Part shown: piece by piece, positions 14,467 through 28,108 of the stretch
Layout: each line of letters starts with the position of its first letter
Numbering within the stretch: position 1 is the stretch's first letter
Source of the DNA: Eledone cirrhosa
Taxonomy: Eukaryota
Length of the DNA: 64,000 nucleotides
Reading direction: 5' to 3'
Assembly: GCA_964016885.1 (NCBI GenBank)
Contig: OZ024740.1
Span: forward strand, 166,160,001 to 166,224,000
Translations under genes and position numbers: made by a program
The notes under the pieces: generated by a model
What the model was told of the DNA's origin: nothing
Database searches by the model: none
The model's input: the letters and a program-made list of their open reading frames with translations, nothing else

Positions 14467-14700
14467 ATATAATTACTTACAACAGTGACACATATAGGTA
14501 CTTATGTTTCGTTGGGTTATGCACCCCAACTCATTCAGGTTTTTTTTTATTTTCATATTTATAACTGGCTGAATGAGTTGGGGTGCATAACCCAACGAAA
14601 CATAAGTAGCCGTATACCTCATTGTTGTAACTAATTATACTTAACTCGTCCTATAGACTGAGGGCTCTTGCTCTTGGATATTTCTACCAAACATTTACTA
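14467..14700. mobile_element. Short inverted pLTR-like element with HHR-like arms and tail
   Basis: 14467-14538 is the reverse complement of 14569-14639. The plus arm reads CUGAAUGA-GUUGGG..CCCAAC-GAAAC AUAA GUA. Tail hairpin at 14644-14666. Confidence 0.75.
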
Positions 14701-14715
14701 CAGTGTATATATACG

Positions 14716-14805
<90 letters not shown>

Positions 14806-14809
<4 letters not shown>

Positions 14810-15371
14810 AGGAAAGAAGGTTTACATGGTTTGCTATACAAAAAAGTTTTTAATCACATAGCTTACATTTGTTTCACTGAACTGGTATGTCTAGAGATCG
14901 CTATTCGCTTAATTTTGCGTTACTCGATCGCCAATACAGAATTATAACCAGTCAGATCTTCGGAGCATGCGAGAATAAAGAAAATACACAGACAAGAAAA
15001 GAAAAGAAAATACAGGCTACTATATGAAGTAGTAATGGCATTCAATTAGAACAATAACAACAATTACAACAATGCTATCAATACATTATTTAAGGAGACC
15101 CTGACATTACTTAGGTGGGGGGTATATAATGTATCTAATGTTACGGCGTGTAAAACTAGCTGTCATAAGGCAAAATCAAGCGTTGGCATGTACAAAGTAT
15201 CGTAGTGTATATCAATTTTAAATTATAAAGATAAGCTAGTTTTTACAGTCTTTCTCTTCATCTTCAACAGTATACATGAGTGGGACCACTGTCAAAGCTA
15301 AATAGTTGTAGAGTTAATACAGAGGTTAACGAATTAATATACGCATATATTTACGCACACACACACACACA

Positions 15372-15443
<72 letters not shown>

Positions 15444-15921
15444 TACACATGCATGTGTACATAGACACATACATACACATCAATATACACTCGTACAAAA
15501 ATATACATACATGCAAAGAGAAAAGCGTGCTAATTGTAATTATGGCAAAAAGAAGGTAAAGTAACATTGTAGTAGTGAAATGAGAAAAACTAGGATTTAG
15601 GATCAAATGATGGCAGCAGCTGAGAAGGAGTAAGAGTGTTGGTAGATGAGGTACTTACAGATAATTGTGTGGTATAGACTTGTGAAGGATATAGTATACT
15701 TAATGAATATATTTCTGTGGGTAGTAGGTATCCTAATTTAAAGCTAAGTTATGTTGGTTCGATTCACGGAGGTTTGAATCTTATGAATTTAGTGGCTATT
15801 CTATGTCTGCAGAAGATAGATCTTTCTAACTTATTGTTAAGTAGCCTATTAATCCACTACCTGGAATACCATAACTGGACTTCACCTAAGTGGACTGCAT
15901 TTAACTATTATTTGTTAATCC

Positions 15922-15922
<1 letters not shown>
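14806..15922 (-). mobile_element. PLE 3' end (last codons, 3'UTR, pLTR with HHR)
   Basis: 15765-15850 minus translates NRLLNNKLERSIFCRHRIATKFIRFKPP*, matching other PLE C-termini here. HHR-like GCU-CCGAAGA..GAAAC AAAU GUA/AGC at 14861-14966. Confidence 0.7.
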
Positions 15923-16005
<83 letters not shown>

Positions 16006-16007
<2 letters not shown>

Positions 16008-16244
16008 CGAAGGAAATATGGTAAGGAACCAAGTGAACCATAACGCACCAAAGTACTCAATACTTAGGGTAATAGAGTGGGTAATAGGGACGAGTAGGAC
16101 CCGGACGGCTGAGCTCAAGCCGTTTCGACGGCTAATTCTGGACTTTATTAGAGTGGGTAATAGGAACGAGTAGGACCCCGACTAAAGTCCAGAATTAGCC
16201 GTCGAAACGGCTTGAGCTCAGCCGTCGGGATCCTACTCGTTCCT
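16006..16244. mobile_element. Short inverted pLTR element, family B
   Basis: Homologous to 20294-20454, 28833-28971, 56278-56476 and to the ends of the PLE at 30692-32220. Internal inversion, (TA)n flanks. Confidence 0.85.
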
Positions 16245-16263
16245 ATATATATATATATATATG

Positions 16264-16312
<49 letters not shown>

Positions 16313-16314
16313 TT

Positions 16315-16569
16315 ATCACATAAGAAACGGAGAGTCAGTAGTGCGACAAATAAGATTTATTAGATATATTACAATCCTTTCTCTGGCGACCAGCTCGAGG
16401 TACTATCGATGCAATGATCGAACCTGACTCTGAAATCGCAAGCTCTTCAGATACGTCTCGATTCTACGAAGCAGATTTTCCAAAATTATGTGACTTATAC
16501 TCTGCTTTGTAAGAGCATCGAGTGCTCAAACGGCCTACCGCTTACGGACGCTTTAAGCATCCCGCACCA

Positions 16570-16572
<3 letters not shown>
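16315..16572. mobile_element. Short inverted pLTR element, family C, with HHR (16367-16453, minus)
   Basis: Homologous to 60427-60854. Minus strand UAU-CUGAAGA..GAAAG GAUU GUA/AUA followed by AATAAA. Plus-strand tail 16489-16572. Confidence 0.8.
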
Positions 16573-16655
<83 letters not shown>

Positions 16656-16789
16656 TTGTAATAAAATGAAAACGAAATTTCATTTCTCACTCTTAGTACG
16701 GCACTTACTTAAATGTAAGTATGTATGTATACGTACATACATATATGTATACAGACGTACAGTAGCATGCATACATATATACATATATA

Positions 16790-16867
<78 letters not shown>

Positions 16868-17035
16868 TATACACATATACATACAGGTACACATATATAT
16901 AGGTACGTATCAGTTTAGCGGACGCTTATTATAACGCCCGCTTTGTTCGTTTCTAAACAAACTGAACAGCCTGAATTTATGCCGTACGGTTTTAAGGCAA
17001 CCACGTCACCTTTTTGTTCAACACTGACACAGGAA

Positions 17036-17076
17036 CGATGTACTAGTTTCATGCTTGTTAGCTATCATCAGCACCG
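17036..17076 (-). ncRNA. Minimal type I hammerhead ribozyme (family D)
   Basis: CGGUG-CUGAUGA-UAGC..GCAU-GAAAC UA GUA/CAUCG. Confidence 0.8.
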
Positions 17077-17284
17077 TATACCCTTCTGCCAGATGGTTGA
17101 ACGTTCGAAAGTATATACTTTCCTTCTGAAAATTAACGGCTGAGCAGCCTAATTTTATTACAACTTATCGTTCTCGGTACGCCTGGCCGAACTCACTCGA
17201 TATGCAAATTAGGCTGCTCAGCCGTTAATTTTCAGAAGGAAAATATATACTTTCGAACGTTCAACCATCTGGCAGAAGGGTATA

Positions 17285-17325
17285 CGGTGCTGATGATAGC
17301 TAACAAGCTTGAAACTAGTACATCG
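17285..17325 (+). ncRNA. Minimal type I hammerhead ribozyme (family D)
   Basis: CGGUG-CUGAUGA-UAGCU AACA AGCUU-GAAAC UA GUA/CAUCG. Palindromic ACUAGU stem III. Confidence 0.85.
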
Positions 17326-17615
17326 TTCCTGTGTCAGTGTTGAACAAAAAGGTGACGTGGTTGCCTTAACACCGTACGGCATAAATTCAGGCTGTTCAGT
17401 TTGTTTAGAAACGAACAAAGCGGTCGTTATAATAAGCGTCCGCTAAACTGATACGTACATATATGTATGTGTACCTGTATGTATATGTGTATATGTGTGT
17501 GTATATATATATGTATATATATGTATATATATATATACATATGTGTGTATATGTATATATGTATGCATGCTACTGTACGTCTGTATACATATATGTATGT
17601 ACGTATACATACATA

Positions 17616-17705
<90 letters not shown>

Positions 17706-17784
17706 AAAATTCGAAGTGGGCTATATAAAGATTATATATAAAAATATATATAAAAACAATAGAGGAAATATTTATTGTTGGTAC

Positions 17785-17885
17785 AAATTAAAGTTTCAGC
17801 AGAGAATCGCTGTTTCACCTTTTTACGTTTCAGAAGATCCCGTAAAAGGTTGAAAGAAGCGATTCTTTGCTTAGAATTTAATCTG
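17785..17885. repeat. Inverted pLTR-like repeat, family E (also about 18535-18600 and 20210-20270)
   Basis: Shared ATTAAAGTTT.AGC.AAGAATCGCTGCTTTCACCCTT.ACG core. Inverted pair here. Confidence 0.65.
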
Positions 17886-18076
17886 TATTAATTATGCTAG
17901 AAAGTTCTCCAGGAAAGTTAACCAGGAATCTTTTAAAAAATCTCACCACCGAAGATAACAAAGTTCTTACTAGATCTACAAGACCAAATTGTAAAATCAT
18001 AATATTTTAAATTTAATTAAATTGTTTAGAACTAATGTTTGTGTGTGTGTATGTATATATATATATATATAATATA

Positions 18077-19046
<970 letters not shown>

Positions 19047-19157
19047 CTAGCAGAAAACCACCCGGTGGGTGGTTTTCTGCTTGTCTATATACCTGCTTGT
19101 CGATATATATTTAACACACACACAAACACACAAACACACAAACACAAACACAGACAG

Positions 19158-19190
<33 letters not shown>

Positions 19191-19531
19191 CACCCGTGTT
19201 CATATTTTGAGATGCATTATTCTCAAATCAGATTATTATCTCTGACAGGAAGAACCAGTTTATAATTTTTAAGAAAAATTAAGCGTACAGACATATTTTA
19301 GGAAACTTATGAATTCCTGTACACACACACACACACAAACACTTACACAGATACACACATACACACGCACAGACAGACACACACGCATACAGACACATAC
19401 GCTAACACACACATACCATACACACACTCATACATACGCACATATGCACACACGCTAACACACACATACACACTTAAACCTATATATATGTATATATATA
19501 GAGAGACACACATAATATACATATATAATAT

Positions 19532-19562
<31 letters not shown>

Positions 19563-20115
19563 TATATATACACACACACACACACATATAACACACACCC
19601 ATATATAAAACATCCACACGCACACACATGCACACACACATATAACACACACACGCACACGCATACACACACACACACACACAAATATAACACACACACA
19701 TATAATACACTCACACGCATACACACACATATAACACACGCGCACACACGCATACACACACATATAACACACACACACACATATATATATATATTATATG
19801 CTCAGCCCCAGTGAGTTGGTTAAAACACCAAAAGCCAGTCTTAAAGTTGTCGTCTGTAAATTCAAAGAACTCGGCTGTGTCTGGCTAGATCTCCATGGTA
19901 ACTACTTCAAGGTCGCGCGTGCCATGGCTGGGAACGCAGGTGTCACGTGCAGGCCTAGAACGCTGGTTGTTGGAATCAGTGGTCGAAGACATAACATATA
20001 TATTATATGTGTGTGGGATAGTATAAATATTTCTTCGTATTTACTAACATATATATATATTATATATTATATATACATACATTATATATATATTATTAAT
20101 ATATTACATACGTAC

Positions 20116-20201
<86 letters not shown>

Positions 20202-20293
20202 TAAAATAAAAGATTAAAGTTTAAGCAAAGAATCGGTGCTTTCACCCTTAACGGGATCTTCTGAAACTAAGCAATATATATATATATATATAT

Positions 20294-20451
20294 AACGAAG
20301 GAAATGTGGTAAGGAACCAGGTGGACCATAGCGCACCAAAGTACTCAATACTTAGGATAGTAGAGTGGGTAATAGGAACCAGTAAGACCCCCGACGGCTG
20401 AGCTCAAGCCGTCGAAACGGCTTGATCTCAGCCGTCGGGGTCTTACTGGTT

Positions 20452-20454
<3 letters not shown>
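20294..20454. mobile_element. Short inverted pLTR element, family B
   Basis: Hairpin TAGGAACCAGTAAGACCCCCGACGGCTGAG..CTCAGCCGTCGGGGTCTTACTGGTTCCTA plus tail. (TA)n flanks. Confidence 0.85.
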
Positions 20455-20484
<30 letters not shown>

Positions 20485-20520
20485 CTGGTGATTTCTCAAG
20501 AATGAAACAGTTCTAGTCTA

Positions 20521-20760
20521 TATATATATTACACACACAGAAATGTATATATATCTTTGTGTGTGTATATATATATATATTACACACACAGAAATGTGTA
20601 TATATTTCTGTGTGTATATATATATATATTACACACACAGAAATGTATATATATTTCTGTGTGTATATATATATATATATATTACACACACGAAATGTAT
20701 ATATATTTCTGTGTGTGTATATATATATATATTACACACACAGAAATGTATATATATTTC
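20521..20760. repeat. Minisatellite, about 5 copies of a roughly 50-nt palindromic unit
   Basis: Unit (TA)nTTACACACACAGAAATGTATATATATTTCTGTGTGTG. Confidence 0.85.
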
Positions 20761-20830
20761 TTAGAACAACATTATTATTAATGTTTTGCTGTTCATAACA
20801 ATTGGAATTGAAAAATGAAGCAATGTTTCT

Positions 20831-21021
20831 AATAATTGTTTCTACTTTTGGCACAAGGCCAGCAATCACCCAGTACATTACTGGTACTTTATTTTATCGA
20901 CTCCGTGAGGATGAAAGGCAAAGTTAACCTCGGCGGTATTTGAACTCAGACCGTAAAGGGACGTAACTCCATGCTATGAAGCATGGTGTCCGACTCTCTA
21001 CAGATTCTGCCAATCCTCCGC
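20831..21021 (-). mobile_element. tRNA-derived SINE
   Basis: Full-length match to 7757-7949. Confidence 0.88.
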
Positions 21022-22131
21022 TCTAATGTCTGTACGTAATGAGGGAGTGAGAGGGGAGAGAAAGAAAGCCAGAGGTGAAGTGACGAAGTGACTCTCTCCT
21101 CCTCCCCCTCCTCCATCTCCCCATTCGTCACAGCGATAGAGGGGAGGAATGTTAGTGTGTTACAAAGAGAAAGAGTGAGTGTGAGAGAAACAGACAGACT
21201 AAAAGAGAGGGATAGCTGGAGAGAGAGAGAGATAGCAACCACGCGCGCACGTGTTTCCACTGTCGGACAGACAGACAGAGAAATTGCTGGTTATATATTA
21301 TAAGGAGATAAGATATAGAAACATAAAGAAAAGTTTATATGAAGGAGGTGGAAAATATTTGTTTATATTGAAGCAGGAACTTGATTAGTTCCTAAATTAC
21401 CGTCTTCAGACGGATCAAAGGAAAGTTTGGCCTGGATAATATTTAAACTCTGAATGTCAGTTTCCGTCACTAAATAGACAAAGAAATATTGTTCGATGCA
21501 TCGATCAAAATTTACCAAAATTATATAAATCTATCATATTTTAATATGAAATAGTATAGTGTAAACTATTTGGTACATCTGGTGCGGCATGCTAGTTCAA
21601 ATTTAAACGTACGCACACGCATGGCACACATGCACGAAGGGACATATGCACACACACACATACACACACATGCACACGCACGCACACACACACACGCTCG
21701 CACAGAGACACATATATATGCATACACATTCATAGCTGCCATGTACTCGCACACTCGCAAATACACCCACATACACACACGTGCGTGTGTTTCTGGATGC
21801 AACGATTATGTACAGATGCGAATTCACATGAATATGCACAAATATGTACACATTTATGTGCGTGTACGAATATGTCCGTAATGACAAACACACACATGTA
21901 TGGGAATTTACATGGCGTGGTGCGTTCGTGTGTGGTTATACGTGCGTGTTTGTGTGTGCTTGTCAGTGTATATAGGTGCTTTTATAGAGATATCAGATGC
22001 CATATTAACTCGCTTATTACATCTGACAATAGTGGACAGGTTACCGGCATTGAAGAAGCGATCATCAAGTGATTATTAACCCAGGCAGCCATTAGTCACA
22101 GTCTTCATTCCACCTTTTCCTTGCATCCGTC

Positions 22132-22186
<55 letters not shown>

Positions 22187-22265
22187 CATCACGACCACCA
22201 CCACCACCACCACCACCAGCACCACCAGCACCACCAGCACCACCAACACCACCACCACCACTACC

Positions 22266-22345
<80 letters not shown>
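22132..22345. repeat. Compound (TAC)n/(CAC)n microsatellite
   Basis: Read directly from the sequence. Confidence 0.95.
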
Positions 22346-22998
22346 CAGTCTTGAGTGTTATACTCCGATGATCTCTCGTTTCCATTCCCATTTCTCTTTA
22401 TCCTAATAACTACTGCTCTGCATTATCTATTACAGACAGAGTCACCAGAGGTGTATGAACTAGAAGACATTGAAGCATTAACTTACGAAAGTTGTCAAAA
22501 GCAATGAGTCCAGTCAACTTGGATTTCCATTATTTTATTATCAATTAATACAAATGCTAACTTGTATCAGTAACAGTAACATAAAATAATTTGAAATAGA
22601 GATGTATATGAATGTATATACTATATTTTTTTGTATAATAAACAGATATAAATCTCGCTATAAATGTTTTAAGGTGTCATCCTGTCACAGCCATCACAGT
22701 AACCGTATAACTAGGGTGTCGGGATTTATGATCACCCTCACTGATGTTTACTCACCCAGTATTGAGATAAGAATAAGTTGTCGGATATATATTTTTCTGT
22801 ATAAACATCCTTTTGAGAAGCACATTTTCATATATTGCCTGCTCGGCTTGCTGTGATTAATAAACAGTAGTAACGTTCCATACACAAACAGATCTAACAT
22901 TTATAGCTGTAAGCTGATCGAAATTTAAAACTTTCTTAGCCAGGTTTATATATGTTTATTATACATAAATCTAATGTGTATACCTTCGTATAGAACTC

Positions 22999-23069
<71 letters not shown>

Positions 23070-23189
23070 TATCTCAATCAATTTGTAGTTGATATAAAAT
23101 GCTCGGATCTATTCATTGGAATCTTTGAGCATATTCGACAGTGGATATGGCGCATGTCTCTCCGACATGACATCCTTAATTTAATTTTG

Positions 23190-23255
<66 letters not shown>

Positions 23256-23357
23256 GGTGTATACAAACACACATACAAACACAGGCACACACACACAGAG
23301 ACACACACAGAAATACAGATACAAACACAGACACAGACACAGAATCACACACACACG

Positions 23358-23436
<79 letters not shown>

Positions 23437-23438
<2 letters not shown>

Positions 23439-26400
23439 AAAAAGAGAAATAGGACGAAGGTAAACAGTTACAAAGGATTTAATCCACGTATTAACAATTG
23501 TTTCATCAGAATTTCAGTCCATTATTGCTACACTATGTGATAATAGGCAATCAAGAAAGTTACTGTGACATCCGAATTTTCAAAATACAAACTTGGAATG
23601 AACTTAGGAAATGAAATAAGGGGTAGTTGTGTAAGATGGAGGAACAGAGAGAGAGAGGGGGAACAGAGAGGGAGAGAGAGAGAAAAGGGATGGAGGTAGG
23701 GAGAGAAAGAGAAAGAGATAGGGTTGTGTGAAGGGATTTGTATAGAATATAGTTAAGTTACAAGAAGGGAGGGGAGGAGGGTAGTGTGCTAAAAGTTGTG
23801 ATGAGTAGAGGGAGAGAGAAGGAAGATATAATTTTAAGTGGCATTTGGTAGTGGACAGGCGAAAGTCTTACCAGAGAATAAAAGAAGGAAGAAAGTATTA
23901 AATTTCATATATAGTCTATTTTTAGGAGTTTAGAATTGTTATTTAGGGTAGAAAGAGATGTAGTGTTAAGATTTGGTTGAAGGTTTGAAGTGTGAGTATT
24001 TCGCTTTCAGTTTATGCTGGCAAAATATTGACCTTTCAATTTTGTTGTTGAGTAGTTGGTGGCTTGAGCTTAGGATATGGAAGAGCTCATTATTACACAA
24101 CGGGCACGTTTTCATCCCACTCCGGTATGGAGGAGCATGTGAGAGTTTGGTCCATTTAAGGGTGTATTGTCGGTTACTCTCTTTTAAGTGCTAAATTTTG
24201 TCGGCGAGAGTCGTTACGTAACGGTGTTGGTGGTGCTTTATTGCGTAACGATGCGTGTACCAACGAGTTTTGAAGGTGTTTGCAGTGCTGCCTATGTAGT
24301 GCCAGGTTTGGTTGCCCGACTCAACCGAGCACCTGTACTCTAGGTTTGAATGCAAACATTCGTTATTCAATGGACAAGTCTCTGGAAGGTGGCAATTGCA
24401 ATTTCTGTTATGGGCAGTGGTGGAGTTATAAGTGGGCTGGGATGTGTGTGTGAGTGTGTTTTGTGCATACTGTTTGTTAGTGGGTGGTTGTGTATTAGGT
24501 GTATTATTGTGTTGAGTGATTGGGGTGTTGCTGTTACGGAGTTTTTTGGCGTTGAGCATCTTAATGTGTGCGTCTAGGTTTAGTGCAGTGGAATAAGATA
24601 GTCTAATTGTTTTGGTATTAAGTATACTACTATATTTATGTGAATTTGGAAAGTGTTTTTTTATAATTTTGTAGAATGTGGAAGGTAAGTTAAAGCTAAT
24701 AGAAGAGTTAAAAATAGGATTATACCAAATGTAAGATCTACTCCGTGTTCTGTTTTGCTTTGATGTTGCTGTTGTATTTGTGGTGTGGTTAGTATTAGGG
24801 TGTCTAGGTGCGTATGTGCGGGTGTTTGTGGGGCGTTTGGCGTGTCTATGGTTATGTGTTTTATGGTTGTGTCGGTCCATGTATTCTAGTTTGTCGGTGT
24901 GGCCAGCCCGTTCTAATGCAGTGTTGTAGTATTCAGCGTGTTGATCGAATATTTGTTGGTTAGATGAGAGGCGGGATATTCTAAGTGATATACTATGTGG
25001 CACGGACCTTATAATAGATAATGGGTGGTTAGAGGTAGGGTGGATGTAGGTGAGGTTCTCATTATTTTTGTGAAAGGGTGTGATAATTTGGGTGTTGAGG
25101 TTGAAGGTGGCATCTAGGAAGTTAACTACTTTGGTACTATATTCGTAGGTGATTTTAAGGCCAAGGCTATCTAGGGTTCTTCTAATGCTCTTACCGGTTC
25201 GCTCAATGTTTTGTTTATTCATGTTTTTAACTAATAGGAGAGCGTCATATCTATATATTCCGCCTTGAAGGTAACTAAATTTATTATGTAAGGTGTGGGC
25301 TATGTATATACCAACAATATCCGTAACTTGTGCTGAGTCATTAGCACCCATAGTTATGTCAAAGTTATCTATTCTGTCTTACGTACCCAAAAGTTATTTT
25401 CAAATTTAATTATCGTCTTTCTAACTGCTAGGATAATGTTTATTTCGTCGTCGGTTAAGTCAGAGTTGGCTTTCACAAATGCTAGTGCCTTGTGTAGAGT
25501 ATCGGGTGATATGGAGGAGTAATAGTCATTAATGTCGAATTGTATAAAGTTAGAGGTATTTTTGTTATCTATACTATTAAACCATTTAATTGTGTCGCTA
25601 GTATTGTCCCAAAGTTTAATAACTAGTTTATTTCTTAATTGTATTATTATTCTATCTAAAAATATGCTTGCTAATTTTACCTATGTCTGACTTAGAAGGG
25701 CATATCAGTCTAATTGTGGGTTTATCTAGGAAATCTAATTTGTGGTCCTTAAGATTAAAGGTGGGGGTGCAAGTTGTCATGGGCTCAGTTCTATCTTCAA
25801 GTTCTAGACTTTTGACAATATAGTGTGCTTGTTTGTTGATGTTAAGTAGTGCTTTGTTATTGGTTTTCTTATATTTTTTATGTAATTCCTTCCGTATAAG
25901 GTCGTGGTAGGTATTAATGTCCATTGTGTACACGTTAGATGTTTTATCCGCTTTGACAATAATCCCGTTAGTGGTGCGCAGCTTGTTTAGAAAGGTATCC
26001 ATGTCTTTATGAAGCTTGTTGGTTTTGAACTTCTTATATTTCGTATTCATGACCATCTTATGTAAGTCCTGTTCAAAGGCGTCCAGTAGAGGGTTAGTGG
26101 GTGGGTTTTTACAGGAGTTGAACCCATATGTATTCTTTCCAGAGTTCGCGGTATAATCCTTACGTCCTTTGTCGAAGTGAAATGTTTTCCATCTGACGCG
26201 GCGTATGAAATCGTTGGTGCGCTGGATCATTCCAAGAGTGTAATCCTTCCTTTTGGGTAAAGGTTTATTCTTTAGGGACATACCGATGTAATGTTTTTCC
26301 ATGTCCAAGGCGTAAGTTGAAGGGGTGGCTCAACCAGATAGGAGCATAAATTCAGTAATTAGGAGTATTCCAAAGCTTGGTAGAACAAGTTGTGAGGAAA

Positions 26401-27095
26401 GTCATCAACATACGTTAAGGTGACTCGACAGGTTGGTAGGGATTCTGTAGTGGTAACACGAACAAACGAGGAGTGTAATCAAAAAAGTGAAATAGGACGA
26501 AGGTAAACAGTTACAAAGGATTTAATCCACGTATTAACAATTGTTTCATCAGAATTTCAGTCCATTATTGCTACACTATGTGATAATAGGCAATCAAGAA
26601 AGATACTGTGACATCCGAATTTTCAAAATACAAACTTGGAATGACCTTAGGAAATGAAATAAGGGGTAGTAGTGTAAGATGGAGGAACAGAGAGAGAGAG
26701 GGGAAAAGAGAGGGAGAGAGAGAGAGAAAAGGGATGGAGGTAGGGAGAGAAAGAGAAAGAGATAGGGTGGTGTGAAGGGATTTGTATAGAATATAGTTAA
26801 GTTACAAGAAGGGAGGAGGGGGAGGGTAGTGTGCTAAAAGTTGTGATGAGTAGAGGGAGAGAGAAGGAAGATATAATTTTAAGTGGCATTTGAAATTCTG
26901 ATGAAACAATTGTTAATACGTGGATTAAATCCTTTGTAACTGTTTACCTTCGTCCTATTTCTCTTTTTTGATTACACTCCTCGTTTGTTCGTGTTTCCAC
27001 TACAGAATCCCTACCAACCTGTCGAGTCACCGTAACGTATGTTGAGAACTTTCCTCACAACTCGTTCTACCAAGCTTTGGAATACTCCTAATTAC

Positions 27096-27100
<5 letters not shown>
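23437..27100 (-). mobile_element. Near-full-length Penelope-like element with direct pLTRs and an inverted terminal copy
   Basis: Direct repeats 23437-23846 and 26480-26892. 26892-27100 is the reverse complement of about 26349-26558. RT-GIY-YIG ORF lies between. (TA)n flanks. Confidence 0.93.
23975..26308 (-). pseudogene. PLE RT/GIY-YIG polyprotein, disrupted
   Basis: KADKTSNVY, RLICPSKSDIGKISK, FIQFDINDYYSSI, MGANDSAQVTDIVG, GGIYRYDAL (YRDD mutated), NFLDATF, YIGSTANTFKTRW. Internal stops. Confidence 0.9.
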
Positions 27101-27166
<66 letters not shown>

Positions 27167-27169
<3 letters not shown>

Positions 27170-27814
27170 GTCTGCAGTTCTGTTTACATGCCAACACAGG
27201 AGCAAGAATGAGGGGCTCATTCTAATGACGTTGCAAACGAATTAAATGTCTTCATCCTTACGGGATCGATAAAATAAAGTACCAGTAATACACTTGGATA
27301 ATTGCTGACCTTGTGCCAAAAGTAGAAGCAATTATTAATATTCGAAAAACTCAGATTACATTTATTGTATTCAGCCATGTAGAACGAACATTTTTTTTAT
27401 TTGAATGTGGCAAAGTCAGCCAATGATTGTTCGTATACAGGAAACTGACTGGTCAGCCTGCTGATATGCAAATCTGGCTAATCAGTGGATCTACTCATAT
27501 GCATATCTGACTGATCAGCCAGCTGCTAATATGCAAATCAGTCCGATCTGTCACTGTATATTTTAGAAAATATATTTTCACAAGCTCTGACAGTTGGCAG
27601 GTGAACAGTGAGCTGTACTGATGAAGGGTATAACCACAAACATTAGTGTCTGCACTTCTGTTGACATGCCAACACAAGAGCAATAATGAGGGGCTCATTC
27701 TACTGACCTGGCTTTAAAAATGAGGCTTGTTTGCATAATTGCAAACGAATCGAACGTTATTATAAATATTCGAAAAACTCAGATCAAATTTATTGTATTT
27801 AGCCATGTAGAGCG

Positions 27815-27816
<2 letters not shown>
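27167..27816 (+). mobile_element. Partial-tandem non-coding element with degenerate HHR (27615-27653) and a nested SINE fragment (about 27250-27337)
   Basis: 27168-27390 repeats at 27647-27816. GUA-CUGAUGA-AGG..CCA-CAAAC AUUAGU GUC/UGC. (TA)n flanks. Confidence 0.65.
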
Positions 27817-27870
<54 letters not shown>

Positions 27871-27874
<4 letters not shown>

Positions 27875-28108
27875 GAAATATAAGCTTTCACCGTACTTTT
27901 GACTAGAAATTTTTAGCCTGAGAGTGGGGTTTAGAACCCTCACAGAAATGGAAAAAGATGAGTATTGACATGTACGTCAATGCTCATCTTTTTCCATTTC
28001 TCTGAGGGTTCTAAATCCAACTCTCAGACTAAACATTTCTTTAGTCAACAATACGGTGAAAGCTTTATTTCTAATTTCAAACTCGCTCAATGTTTCAAAA
28101 CATACTTA

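Larger units (their letters stand above)
16653..17619. mobile_element. Large inverted-repeat copy of non-coding HHR element, family D (retrozyme-like)
   Basis: About 16706-17154 is the reverse complement of about 17207-17619. Homologous to the tandem at 43829-44847. Confidence 0.88.

Noticed and set aside
16943-17143. Repeated 66-aa ORF MFVSKQTEQPEF.. (4 copies)
   Set aside because: TTG start, antisense to the hammerhead, no recognisable domain. Recurrence is explained by the repeat itself.
21040-21309. Possible Helitron 5' end on the minus strand
   Set aside because: Only a TC-start AT-rich end was seen, with no matching 3' hairpin-CTAG.
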